A stretch of 64,000 bases of DNA from Pseudomonadota bacterium (GTDB lineage Bacteria > Pseudomonadota > Gammaproteobacteria > Burkholderiales > Burkholderiaceae_C), in the NCBI GenBank assembly GCA_040387325.1, contig JAZKDY010000076.1, forward strand, positions 6,438 to 70,437. The letters are read 5' to 3'. Shown here in pieces: positions 17,938 to 27,020 of this stretch (the first letter of the stretch is position 1; each line of letters starts with the position of its first letter). The position numbers and the translations under genes are program-made. The notes under the pieces were generated by a model. The model did no database searches and was not told the DNA's origin. It saw nothing but the letters and a program-made list of their open reading frames with translations.

Positions 17938-18759
17938 TCAGGCACCCGTCACGATTTCAACGCCTATGCCCCGGTAACCCAGGAAACGGCTGCTGCGGCT
18001 GAACATGGGCTCGCCGCTGACGCGGTACTGCTGCTCTGAGCCGTCCGGCAGGTGCCGGTGGAAGATCAAATCCAGAAAGGGTTCACGCGCTGCAATGGTT
18101 GCGCGCAGGGCTTCACGATCGCCGGTATCCCAACCGTCGGTCTGTGCAGTTTTTGAAATACCCTTGTGCGTGTCGACCTGCAGGCCCAGCATTTCCAGCA
18201 CCGGGCCTGAGACCTTGGTGAAGCTGCCGTTTTCGTCCTGCTCCCAGTACCAGTCTGACGCCAGCTCGGTCAGGCTGCGGTAACGCGCCTCACTCTCGCG
18301 CAACTCGGCGGTGCGCTCCAGCACCGTTTGTTCCAGCACCTTGTTGAAGTCGGCCAGTTTTTTGTACAGCAGGCGCACCTCCAGCATATTGTGGATTCGG
18401 GTCTTGACCTCGACCAGGTCAAACGGCTTGCTGACAAAGTCCTTGGCACCGGCTTGCAGTGCACGCAGCTTGTGGCCCGGCTGGGCCGTGAGCACAATAA
18501 CCGGCAGGTAGGGGTCCATCGTGTTGGTCTTGAGGCTTTCCATGACCTGGAAGCCATCCATCACCGGCATCTGCAGGTCCAGCAAAATCAGGTCGTAGGC
18601 GTTCTTGCGGTGCAGTGCACACACCTCTTCAGGCACCAGGGTGGAGGTGACGCCGGTGTAACCGGCGGACTGCAGCAGTTGCTCCAGCAATTGCACATTG
18701 GATTCCTGGTCATCAACGATCAGTATCCTGGCGTTGAGAATGTCGGCAGATTGGATCAT
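17938..18759 (-). CDS. Response regulator, REC-coiled coil-PAS, no output domain
   Basis: ILIVDD, LLDLQMP, LTA, SKPFD; then RYRSLTELASDWYWEQD PAS. Confidence 0.9.
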   Translation of the reverse strand: MIQSADILNARILIVDDQESNVQLLEQLLQSAGYTGVTSTLVPEEVCALHRKNAYDLILLDLQMPVMDGFQVMESLKTNTMDPYLPVIVLTAQPGHKLRALQAGAKDFVSKPFDLVEVKTRIHNMLEVRLLYKKLADFNKVLEQTVLERTAELRESEARYRSLTELASDWYWEQDENGSFTKVSGPVLEMLGLQVDTHKGISKTAQTDGWDTGDREALRATIAAREPFLDLIFHRHLPDGSEQQYRVSGEPMFSRSSRFLGYRGIGVEIVTGA

Positions 18760-18822
18760 GGGGTTATTCCTCGGGATGATTGGGTAGGTTGGTGCAGGGT
18801 TCTTGCGCGATGGGGAAATGTT

Positions 18823-20178
18823 TCATGGCAGGCTTTGTTCTGGGGTGCCTGCATGGGCCAGCTCTATCCAGAACACACTGCCCACACCAATGGTGCTGCG
18901 CGCGCTAATGGTGCCGCCCATCAATTCCACCAGGCGTTTGCTCAGTGCCAGGCCTACACCGGTACCTTCGTCAGAGCCGCTGTCGCGGCCCAGGCGGTTG
19001 AAGGGCTGGAACAGGTGGCTGATCTTGTCGGCCGACAGGCCATAACCGCCGTCTATGACACTCACACGGATACGCTGGTCTGCCTGCACACTGCACGACA
19101 CCTCCACCGTGCCACCGGTCCGGTTGTACTGGATGGCGTTGGACAGCAGGTGTACCAGGACCTGGTGGAGCCGGGATTTGTCAGCAGACACTTTCAACGC
19201 GCCATGGGGTTGCTCACACACCATGCGGATATTGCGGGCCTGCGCCGCGGGGGCCACGCTGGCCTGGCTGGAGGTCAGAACTTCGCACAATGCGACTGGT
19301 TCGGATTGCAGCTGCAATCGCCCGGACTCGATTGCCGTCAGGTCCAGAATCTCGCCGATCAAATCCAAGAGGTACCAGCCCGCACGCAGGATACGGTCTA
19401 TGCTGCTTTTTTGCGTGGCAGTGGGTGCGGGGTCGCCCAGGTCCATCAGCTGGGCAAAGCCAAGAATGGCGTTCAGTGGTGAGCGCAACTCGTGGCTCAT
19501 ATTGGACAAAAAGTCGGATTTGGCCAGGCTGGCTTTTTCGGCCACGGCCTGTGCCACCTGCAGCGCCTGGTTTTTTTCCAGCAGGATCGCGTCCATGGCT
19601 TTGCGTGCACTGATGTCGGTCAGCACCAGACGCTGGACCGGTGCATGGTCCGCTTCGTGCGCCAGGCTGATCTGCACGTGGGCCCAGAACACCGCACTGT
19701 CGCGCCGGACCAGCTGCAGCTCACAGCCCTGGGGCAGCCCGGATTCAAAGAGGGCTTTGCGGCAGGTGTAATACGTGTCCTGGTCCGACCGGGCAATCAG
19801 GCTGCTCATGGGTTTGTTGACGACATCGCTGCGGGCCATGTTCAGCAAAGCGGCGGCGGTGAAGTTCACCTCCAGAACCAGGCCCTGCTCGCTGATGGTG
19901 CAATACCCCACGGGTGCCAGGTCGTACAGGTCAAAGTACCGGGCGCGTGCGGCATCCAGCGCGGCCTGGGTTTGGCGCAGTTCGTCGTTCTGCATCTCCA
20001 GCTCAACCTGGTGCACTTGCAGTTCGTGCAGCATGTGCCGCATGGCTTCCGCCGACAGCTCTTGCAGATGGGTTGGTGTCGGGCTGGCTTTGGCGTGGAT
20101 AAGATCTTCGGCCCGCTCACGCAGTCCGTGTCTTGGCCGTTCACTGTGCGGGGCCATGGCGTGCTTTCGGTTGGTCAT
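18823..20178 (-). CDS. PAS sensor histidine kinase
   Basis: HELQVHQVELEMQNDEL coil, PAS, SHELRSPLNAI H-box, N/G1/F/G2 boxes; start codon uncertain (20157-20220). Confidence 0.85.
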   Translation of the reverse strand: MTNRKHAMAPHSERPRHGLRERAEDLIHAKASPTPTHLQELSAEAMRHMLHELQVHQVELEMQNDELRQTQAALDAARARYFDLYDLAPVGYCTISEQGLVLEVNFTAAALLNMARSDVVNKPMSSLIARSDQDTYYTCRKALFESGLPQGCELQLVRRDSAVFWAHVQISLAHEADHAPVQRLVLTDISARKAMDAILLEKNQALQVAQAVAEKASLAKSDFLSNMSHELRSPLNAILGFAQLMDLGDPAPTATQKSSIDRILRAGWYLLDLIGEILDLTAIESGRLQLQSEPVALCEVLTSSQASVAPAAQARNIRMVCEQPHGALKVSADKSRLHQVLVHLLSNAIQYNRTGGTVEVSCSVQADQRIRVSVIDGGYGLSADKISHLFQPFNRLGRDSGSDEGTGVGLALSKRLVELMGGTISARSTIGVGSVFWIELAHAGTPEQSLP

Positions 20179-23152
20179 CCGCCGCGGGGTCTGCAGTGCG
20201 CTCGGTGGTGGCGATGGCATACATTTCGCCGGCGTTGTCGGTCAGCGCGGTGGAGGTGATGGAGACCTCGATCTCGGCCCCCTCCTTGGTCAGACGCCTG
20301 GTGCGGTAGGGCTCCAGCGTCTTGGCGTCCCCCAACTGTGCCACCTTGGAGGCCGCGTTGTCCTGCAGTGCCTTGGGCAGGCGGTCGCGCACATTCAGGG
20401 TCAGCGCCTCGGCCTCGGTCCAGCCGTACATGCGGGTGGCACCCGGGTTCCACGCGATGGTGCGGCCCTGCAAATCCTGCACGGTGATGGCGTCGTGGGC
20501 GTCGCGCACCACCACCGCCAGCCGCAACAGCGCGTTGGCCTTGTGCAGGTCCTCGCGCACCCGCACGATCTCGGTGATGTCGACAAAGGTGATCACTGCC
20601 CCCTCAATCACATTGTCCAGCGTGCGGTAGGGCAGTATGCGCATGGTGTACGACCTGCCCTCCACGGTCTTTACGGTGACCTCTTTGGGGACCAGTGTGG
20701 ACAGTACGCTTTGTGCATCGGCATTCAGCCGGTCATACCCGACCAGGTTGGACATGATGTGGCCCATGGGGCGCCCCACATCGCTCAGTATCAGATTGAC
20801 GATGCGGGTTGCCGCCGGTGTAAAACGCAGGATGCGCAGATCGTGGTCCACAAAGATGGTGCCAATGCCCGTGCCCGCCAGCAGGTTGTTCATGTCATTG
20901 TTGGCGCGGGACAGGTCGCCCACCTTGGTCTGCAGTTCGGTGTTGACGGTGGACAACTCTTCGTTGATGGACTGCAGCTCTTCCTTGGAGGTCTCCAACT
21001 CCTCGTTGGTGGACTGCAGTTCTTCATTGACCGACTGCATCTCTTCGTTGGATGACTTCAGCTCCTCGTTGGAGGTCTCCAGCTCTTCGTTGGCCGCGTT
21101 CAAATAGTCTTCCTTGGCCTGCAGCTCTTCCCTCAGCTCGGCAATGTGGGCATGGATGTCCTGTGTCTGCTGGTCTGTACCAGCTGGCAGCGCCGTGGGC
21201 GCAGCATGCGCCGGTGCAATGCCGGTGGCGGGCGCTTCCTCCAGCATCACCAGGTACAGGCGGGACTCCAGCGCGTTGGCAGGTCCGGCCTCTACGGGCA
21301 CCACGCCCAGGTTGACCAGGGTGTGGTGGCCGTTGGTCCTGACACGCAAGCCGGACACATGGACCGGGGTCTTGACGGTGCCTGCCTTGTGCAGGCTGGT
21401 GGTCAGGTCGTGGCGCAAACCCTCGCGCGCCATCTTCAGGATGTTGTTGATACCGGCCTCACCCGGGGCGGGCTCCAGGTACATGCCCACGCGCCCATGC
21501 AGGTACAGAATGTCGCCCTGGCTGTTGACCAGGGCAGCCGCCTTGGCCACATGGCGCAACAGGGTCTGTTCGGTCAGCTCGCGCAAGGACAGCTTGGGCG
21601 GAGACGTGTTTTTGCCAGGGCTCAATTGCAGGGCTCCATTCTTATGGGTAGGGGGCAACAGGAAACGGCCCAGGGCCGCACGTTGCGCGCCCTGAAAATC
21701 TTCCTTGCGCTGGTAGACCTTGGATTTGCGGTCCAGCGGCATGTACAGATCACTGAAATCACCCACGGTTTCCGAGGTACCCAGAAACAACAGGCCACCG
21801 GGATTGAGCGCGTAGTGGAACAGCGAGATCACCTTCTTCTGCAGCTCCGCGCCCAGATAAATCAGCAGATTGCGGCAACTGACCAGGTCCAGCTTGGAGA
21901 ACGGAGGGTCCTTGATCAGGTCCTGCTCGGAGAACACCAGCAGGTCGCGGATGACCTTGTGCACGCGGTAGGTGTCGCCCTCGGGTTCGCGGGTGAAGAA
22001 ACGCGCCAGGCGCTCGGGGCTGATGTCTTCTGCAATGCTGGCCGGGTAAATACCGGCACGGGCCACGGCGATGGCACGGCTGTCGATGTCAGTGGCAAAC
22101 ACCTGGATCTTGTAACTCTGCTTGAGCATCTCCACCCGCTCCTGCAGCAGGATAGCGATGGAGTAGGCCTCTTCGCCGGTAGAGCAGCCCGTGGTCCAGG
22201 CGCGCACCACGCCGCCCGCAGGCTTGCCGCTGAACAGCTTGGGTATGACCAGTGTCTCCAGTGCGGCAAAGGCCTCGGGGTCGCGGAAGAAATTGGTGAC
22301 ACCTATCAGCAGGTCGCGGAACAGCGCCTCTACCTCGGCCGGAGTCTGCTGCAGGTACTTGGCATACGCATCCATGCCGTCGATCTGGTGCACCGCCATG
22401 CGACGGTCAATGCGCCGGTAGATGGTGCTGGGCTTGTACTGGGAGAAGTCGTGCCCGGTCTGGGTGCGCAGCAGGATGAATATCCGCTTCAAGGCCCCCT
22501 GGGACTGGGGCGCCGCCGTGGCGGCAGCACGTGGCAGTTTGCCCAGCGCATGGCTGACATAGGCGATGAGCTGGCCGGGCATTTCCGCCGGAGGCAGCAC
22601 GTAGTCCACCAGGCCGGTGGCCATCGCGTGGTGCGGCATGGAGTCAAATTCAGACGAGGCCGCAGTCTGCGCCATGGCCATGCCGCCGCCGTCCTTGATG
22701 GCCCGCACACCCAGGGTGCCGTCACTGCCCGTGCCCGATAGCACGATGCCGATGGCCCGCTCCTGCTGGTCCTGCGCCAGCGAGGTGAACAGAAAATCAA
22801 TCGGCAGGCGGTGGCCGCGCGGTGCGGTGGGCTCCAGCAACTGCAGCGCTCCGTTCAGGAAGGCCATGTCGCGGTTGGGCGGGATGATGTACACACAGTT
22901 GGCCTGCACCAGCATGCCGTCCGCCACCTCGAACACCGGCATGCGGGTGGTGCGCTGTACCAGTTCGGTCAGCAGGCTGCCGTGGTCCGGCGCCAGGTGC
23001 TGCACCAGCACAAAGGCCATGCCCGGCTCACCCACGGCCGGCATGCCGGAGAAAAAGGCCGCAAACGCTGCCAGGCCACCTGCGGACGCGCCGATACCCA
23101 CAATCGGGAAGGCGGCGCGTGGTTCCGCGTCTGGCGTGGCCGAGGGTATCAA
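20141..23152 (-). CDS. CheB-CheR-PAS-coiled coil-PAS-PAS fusion protein
   Basis: GASAGG/QHL/SGTGSDG esterase triad; GVTNFFRD, GCSTGEE, CRNLLIY methyltransferase; NEEL heptads; TTG start with AGGAG RBS. Confidence 0.9.
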   Translation of the reverse strand: MIPSATPDAEPRAAFPIVGIGASAGGLAAFAAFFSGMPAVGEPGMAFVLVQHLAPDHGSLLTELVQRTTRMPVFEVADGMLVQANCVYIIPPNRDMAFLNGALQLLEPTAPRGHRLPIDFLFTSLAQDQQERAIGIVLSGTGSDGTLGVRAIKDGGGMAMAQTAASSEFDSMPHHAMATGLVDYVLPPAEMPGQLIAYVSHALGKLPRAAATAAPQSQGALKRIFILLRTQTGHDFSQYKPSTIYRRIDRRMAVHQIDGMDAYAKYLQQTPAEVEALFRDLLIGVTNFFRDPEAFAALETLVIPKLFSGKPAGGVVRAWTTGCSTGEEAYSIAILLQERVEMLKQSYKIQVFATDIDSRAIAVARAGIYPASIAEDISPERLARFFTREPEGDTYRVHKVIRDLLVFSEQDLIKDPPFSKLDLVSCRNLLIYLGAELQKKVISLFHYALNPGGLLFLGTSETVGDFSDLYMPLDRKSKVYQRKEDFQGAQRAALGRFLLPPTHKNGALQLSPGKNTSPPKLSLRELTEQTLLRHVAKAAALVNSQGDILYLHGRVGMYLEPAPGEAGINNILKMAREGLRHDLTTSLHKAGTVKTPVHVSGLRVRTNGHHTLVNLGVVPVEAGPANALESRLYLVMLEEAPATGIAPAHAAPTALPAGTDQQTQDIHAHIAELREELQAKEDYLNAANEELETSNEELKSSNEEMQSVNEELQSTNEELETSKEELQSINEELSTVNTELQTKVGDLSRANNDMNNLLAGTGIGTIFVDHDLRILRFTPAATRIVNLILSDVGRPMGHIMSNLVGYDRLNADAQSVLSTLVPKEVTVKTVEGRSYTMRILPYRTLDNVIEGAVITFVDITEIVRVREDLHKANALLRLAVVVRDAHDAITVQDLQGRTIAWNPGATRMYGWTEAEALTLNVRDRLPKALQDNAASKVAQLGDAKTLEPYRTRRLTKEGAEIEVSITSTALTDNAGEMYAIATTERTADPAADDQPKARHGPAQ

Positions 23153-23158
23153 ATACTA

Positions 23159-23212
23159 TGCTCCTGAATGTATAGCGTTACTATCATATTGGACGGGGGC
23201 TGTAGGCCAATT
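23159..23212 (-). repeat. 54-bp dispersed element, copy C
   Basis: Ungapped match to 26528-26581, 42778-42831 and 55102-55155. Confidence 0.7.
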
Positions 23213-23216
23213 TTCC

Positions 23217-26200
23217 TTAAGCGCTTCCCTCTGGAGCGGCCTGCGCCAGCTCCAGCCCCTGGTCCAGCGCCAGCATGAACTCGGCAATCTTGATGGGTTT
23301 GGTCAGGTAGCGGAAGAAGCCGGCCTCCAGACCCTTCTCCACATCGCGCGGCATGGCATTGGCGCTGAGTGCCAGCACCGGTATGTGGGTGGTCATGGGG
23401 TCGTCGTGCAACAGGCCCAACGCCTGCAGGCCACTGATGCCCGGCAGGTTGATGTCCATCAGGATCACGTCAGGCAGGTGGGTGCGCGCCATGGCGATGC
23501 CACGCACACCGTCTTCGGCGCGTAACAGGCGTATGTCGGGCCGGCGCGATATCAGCTGTGCCACCAGTTCCATGTTGGCTTCGTTGTCTTCCACATACAG
23601 CAGGGTGCGCACGTTGCGGTCGGTCTGCGCAGGCGCGGGCAGCAGCGCCAGCTCCTCGTCGGGGTCCAGTACCAGGGACTGGGGATCTGCCAGGTTCAGT
23701 TCGACCCAGAAGTCGCTGCCAACCCCCACCGTGCTGTGGGCACCGATGCTGCCGTTCATCAGTTCCACCAGGCGTTTGCTCACCACCAGGCCAATGCCCG
23801 TGCCTTCTTCGTCGCTGTCCTCCTGGCCCAGGCGGTTGAAGGGTTCGAACAGCTGGGCCAGCTTTTTGGCTGACAGGCCTTCGCCGGTGTCGCGCACGCT
23901 GATGTGCATACGTGTCTTGCCGGCGGGCCGGAAGGTCACGTCCAGGGATCCATCCTGCCGGTTGTACTTGATGGCATTGGTCAGCAGGTTCACAAACACC
24001 TGTTTCACACGGGTGCGGTCGGCCTGCACATAACAGGGCGCCTTGAAGTTGGGAAAACGCATCTGGATGCCCCGCCGCCTGGCCTGGGGCTCCATCATGG
24101 TCTGGCAGTCGCGCAATACCTCTTGCAGCGACACCGGCTCCATGGACAGGGACAGCTTGCCGGACTCGATCAGCGCCAGGTCCAGTATCTCGTTGATCAG
24201 CTCCAGCAGGTACCAGCCCGCCTTGAGAATCTGCTCGATGCTGGCCCTTTGTGTTGCGGTGGGCGGGGGCACGCCGGAGTCCATCAACTGCGCAAAACCC
24301 AGAATGGCGTTCAGTGGCGAGCGCAGCTCGTGGCTCATGCTGGACAGGAATTCCGACTTGGCCAGGTTGGCCTTGTCGGCGGTGGACCGGGCCGCTTCCA
24401 GTTCAATGGCCTTGATCTGCAGGGACTTGTCGAGCTGGAAACGCTCGGCCTCGGCCAGTTTGCGGGCCGTGTTGTCGGTGCCAATCAGCAGGTAACCAAT
24501 GATGGTCTGGTCATTGCTGCGCAGTGCAGTGACCGACACCAGGGCTGGCAGGCGTGTGCCGTCCTTGCGGATGTAGCTCAATTCGTAAATGTCTTCCATG
24601 CCGCGCGAGGCCTTGTAGGCCAGTGCCTCAAACCCCGGGGCGATGTCGGTTTCATGCTCGGCCGCAAGTGCCATCGCCCGGGCAATGAGCTCTTCGGGGT
24701 CGGAGATGTCGGCCGGCGTGACCTGGTTCACCATTTCGGCCGCGGTATAGCCCAGCATACGCTCGGCGCCCACATTGAAAATCTGGATCACGCCCAGGGC
24801 ATCGGTGGCGATGCAGGAGAAGTTGGCGCTGCTGAAGATGGCACTTTGCAGCGCGCCGGCCTTGCGCAGTGCTTCTTCGGCCTGTTTGCGGGTACTGATG
24901 TCACGCAGGATGCCGGTGAAGTAGAGCTGGCCGCCCAGCGACATTTCGCTGACGGCAATCTCCAGCGGAAAAAAGCTGCCGTCCTTGCGAAAACCCATGA
25001 CCTCGCGGCCCTGGCCCAGAGCCCGGGCCTCGGGGCTTACGCCATAGTGCTCCAGTGCAACATGGTGTTGTTCCTGGTCCAGCTCGGGTATCAGAAAACC
25101 AAAGGCCTTGCCGGTCAGCTCCGCGGCGCTGTAGCCAAACATCTGTTCAATGGCAGGGTTGGCCGACTCAATGATGCCGCCTTGGGCCTGCAGAGTGACG
25201 ATGCCGTCGCCCACGGTGTTCAGAATGGTCTGCACCCTTGCCGCGCTGTCGCGCAGGGTTTGTTGGGCTGCGTACTCGGCGGTCACATTGCGGAACACCA
25301 GCACGGCACCAACCACCTGGCCTTGCAGGTCACGCACCGGGGCGCAGCTGTCGGCAATGTCGAACTCACGGCCATCCCGCGCAATGAGTACCGTGTGGTT
25401 GGCCAGACCCTGGAGGGTGCCGTGCGCCAGCGCGCGGGCGACAGGAATGGTGGCGACGTGGCGGTCCGCCTTGTTGACAATATGGAAGACTTCGTTCACC
25501 GGGCGCCCCTCGGCCTGGGCCTGGGTCCAGCCAGTCATGTCCTGGGCGACCGGGTTGAGCAGCGTCACGCGGGCCTGTGCATCGGTAGCGATGACGGCGT
25601 CGCCGATCGAGTTGAGGGTGACGGTGAGTTTCTGGGTGCTGTCCTGCAGTGCGTCGTTGCTGGTCTGCAGCAGGGTATTGGTGCTGATTTGTTCGTCCAG
25701 CAGATGCCGGGTTTCCGCATGCACCAGATTTTTCAGGCGCTGCTGGGCGGCGCGGTAGCTGGAGTAGGCAAAGTACAGCGCCAGCAGCAGGGCCAGCACA
25801 CCCATGCCAATGATGGTGGCGAATAGGCGGCGCATGCTGCGGTCAAAACCTGCGTTGTGCTGCGCCTGGATGTCGGTCTCGATCTGGACGATGCCACGCA
25901 TCTCCTGGCGTATGCCGTCCATCAGGCGTTTGCCCTCGTCGCTGTTGATCAAGGCCAGTGCACCCACGGCATCGCTGTTGCGGCGCAAGGCAATGGTCTT
26001 GTCCATTTCTGCCAGTTTGGCGTCCAGCAGGGGGGCAATCGTGTCCACATGTTTCTGTGCTGGTGCGCTGGCGGTCAACTGGCGCAACACGGCCAGATGG
26101 GCCTTGATGTTGTCGCGCACGCCCTGGTAGGGCTCCAGATAGGTCTCTCCGCCGGTGAGTGCATAACCGCGCTGGCTGGTTTCTGCCACCGTCAGCGTGG

Positions 26201-26360
26201 ACATCAGATCGTCCGCGGCCGTGATGATGACGCGCGAGTCGCGGCGGTGGTCGGAGGCCTGTTCGATCTGGTGGTAAGTCCAGAACGTGAACACCATACC
26301 CAGCGACAGGAGCACTAACACGGCGGCAAGCCAGACAAATGTTTTATGGGTGGTTTTCAA
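23217..26360 (-). CDS. CHASE3-PAS-PAS-PAS hybrid histidine kinase with REC
   Basis: TM, AETSQRGYALTG (CHASE3), three PAS, SHELRSPLNAI, C-terminal YVEDN...MDINLP...TKP. Confidence 0.9.
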   Translation of the reverse strand: MKTTHKTFVWLAAVLVLLSLGMVFTFWTYHQIEQASDHRRDSRVIITAADDLMSTLTVAETSQRGYALTGGETYLEPYQGVRDNIKAHLAVLRQLTASAPAQKHVDTIAPLLDAKLAEMDKTIALRRNSDAVGALALINSDEGKRLMDGIRQEMRGIVQIETDIQAQHNAGFDRSMRRLFATIIGMGVLALLLALYFAYSSYRAAQQRLKNLVHAETRHLLDEQISTNTLLQTSNDALQDSTQKLTVTLNSIGDAVIATDAQARVTLLNPVAQDMTGWTQAQAEGRPVNEVFHIVNKADRHVATIPVARALAHGTLQGLANHTVLIARDGREFDIADSCAPVRDLQGQVVGAVLVFRNVTAEYAAQQTLRDSAARVQTILNTVGDGIVTLQAQGGIIESANPAIEQMFGYSAAELTGKAFGFLIPELDQEQHHVALEHYGVSPEARALGQGREVMGFRKDGSFFPLEIAVSEMSLGGQLYFTGILRDISTRKQAEEALRKAGALQSAIFSSANFSCIATDALGVIQIFNVGAERMLGYTAAEMVNQVTPADISDPEELIARAMALAAEHETDIAPGFEALAYKASRGMEDIYELSYIRKDGTRLPALVSVTALRSNDQTIIGYLLIGTDNTARKLAEAERFQLDKSLQIKAIELEAARSTADKANLAKSEFLSSMSHELRSPLNAILGFAQLMDSGVPPPTATQRASIEQILKAGWYLLELINEILDLALIESGKLSLSMEPVSLQEVLRDCQTMMEPQARRRGIQMRFPNFKAPCYVQADRTRVKQVFVNLLTNAIKYNRQDGSLDVTFRPAGKTRMHISVRDTGEGLSAKKLAQLFEPFNRLGQEDSDEEGTGIGLVVSKRLVELMNGSIGAHSTVGVGSDFWVELNLADPQSLVLDPDEELALLPAPAQTDRNVRTLLYVEDNEANMELVAQLISRRPDIRLLRAEDGVRGIAMARTHLPDVILMDINLPGISGLQALGLLHDDPMTTHIPVLALSANAMPRDVEKGLEAGFFRYLTKPIKIAEFMLALDQGLELAQAAPEGSA

Positions 26361-26490
26361 AGGGACGTACTCTCAAATTTGGCGTTGCTCGGACCCTTAT
26401 ACGCGCATCCCGTGGCGCCGCGGCATTTACTTCTGCTGGCGCATGGAAGGGGCCAGTGCGCCAAGCGTAGCCAAACCCGGGCATTCCCTC

Positions 26491-26506
26491 TGTTCGGTGG
26501 CGCACC
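26491..26506 (-). promoter_or_regulatory. Crp/Fnr-type box 6 (signalling operon, autoregulatory)
   Basis: GGTGCG-CCAC-CGAACA then GAG; TACGCT 21 nt downstream (26469-26464). Confidence 0.75.
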
Positions 26507-26527
26507 TTCAGGAAGTGGCTTATGACA

Positions 26528-26581
26528 AATCGGGCTGTAGCCCCCGAGAAATATAGCTACGTCACTACTAAATCCATAGCA
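26528..26581 (+). repeat. 54-bp dispersed element, copy B
   Basis: AATCGGGCTGTAGCCCCCG-N17-ACTACTAAATCCATAGCA. Confidence 0.7.
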
Positions 26582-26612
26582 ATTGGCAAATGCTGGCAGC
26601 CAGTGGCACATG

Positions 26613-26628
26613 GGTGTGTTCGCGCACA
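26613..26628 (+). promoter_or_regulatory. Crp/Fnr-type box 7 (OsmB-like)
   Basis: GGTGTG-TTCG-CGCACA then GAC; AAGAAT 21 nt downstream (26650-26655). Confidence 0.7.
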
Positions 26629-26727
26629 GACTTCTCATGGGTCCTGCCCAAGAATGGAATTTCTTCCGTGGGCGCATGTGTTGCGCGCCACGGTTTGTTG
26701 TAGTCCTTCTGTATTGGAGTTTTCACC

Positions 26728-26952
26728 ATGAACATGAACAACAGGTTTTACGCCGTGGTACCGGCCGTGTTGCTGGCATCGGCCTTGGGTATGGGTGGCT
26801 GCGCAGGCATGAACCACCAGGAACGCAGCACCGCAACCGGCGCTGTGATTGGTGGCGCAGCCGGCGCCGTGCTGGGCGGCGGGGTGGGCGGCACCGCCGC
26901 CGGTGCGGTGGTGGGGGGCGTGGTTGGCCACGAAGTGGGTAAGCCAAAATAA
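26728..26952 (+). CDS. OsmB-like glycine-zipper lipoprotein
   Basis: GGAG RBS; lipobox MGGC; TATGAVIGGAAGAVLGG...GGVVGHEVG. Confidence 0.85.
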   Translation: MNMNNRFYAVVPAVLLASALGMGGCAGMNHQERSTATGAVIGGAAGAVLGGGVGGTAAGAVVGGVVGHEVGKPK

Positions 26953-26988
26953 GTCCTGCCAACGCTCTGTGCTCTCTGCATGGGTCCC

Positions 26989-27020
26989 AGGGGCGTGACA
27001 GGCGCCCCTCTTTTGTTTTT
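26989..27020 (+). terminator. Intrinsic terminator
   Basis: AGGGGCG-tgacagg-CGCCCCT followed by T-rich tail. Confidence 0.65.

Noticed and set aside
20930-21135. 21-nt periodic repeats resembling an array
   Set aside because: In-frame coiled-coil heptads of the CheBR protein; no spacers or cas genes, so not CRISPR.
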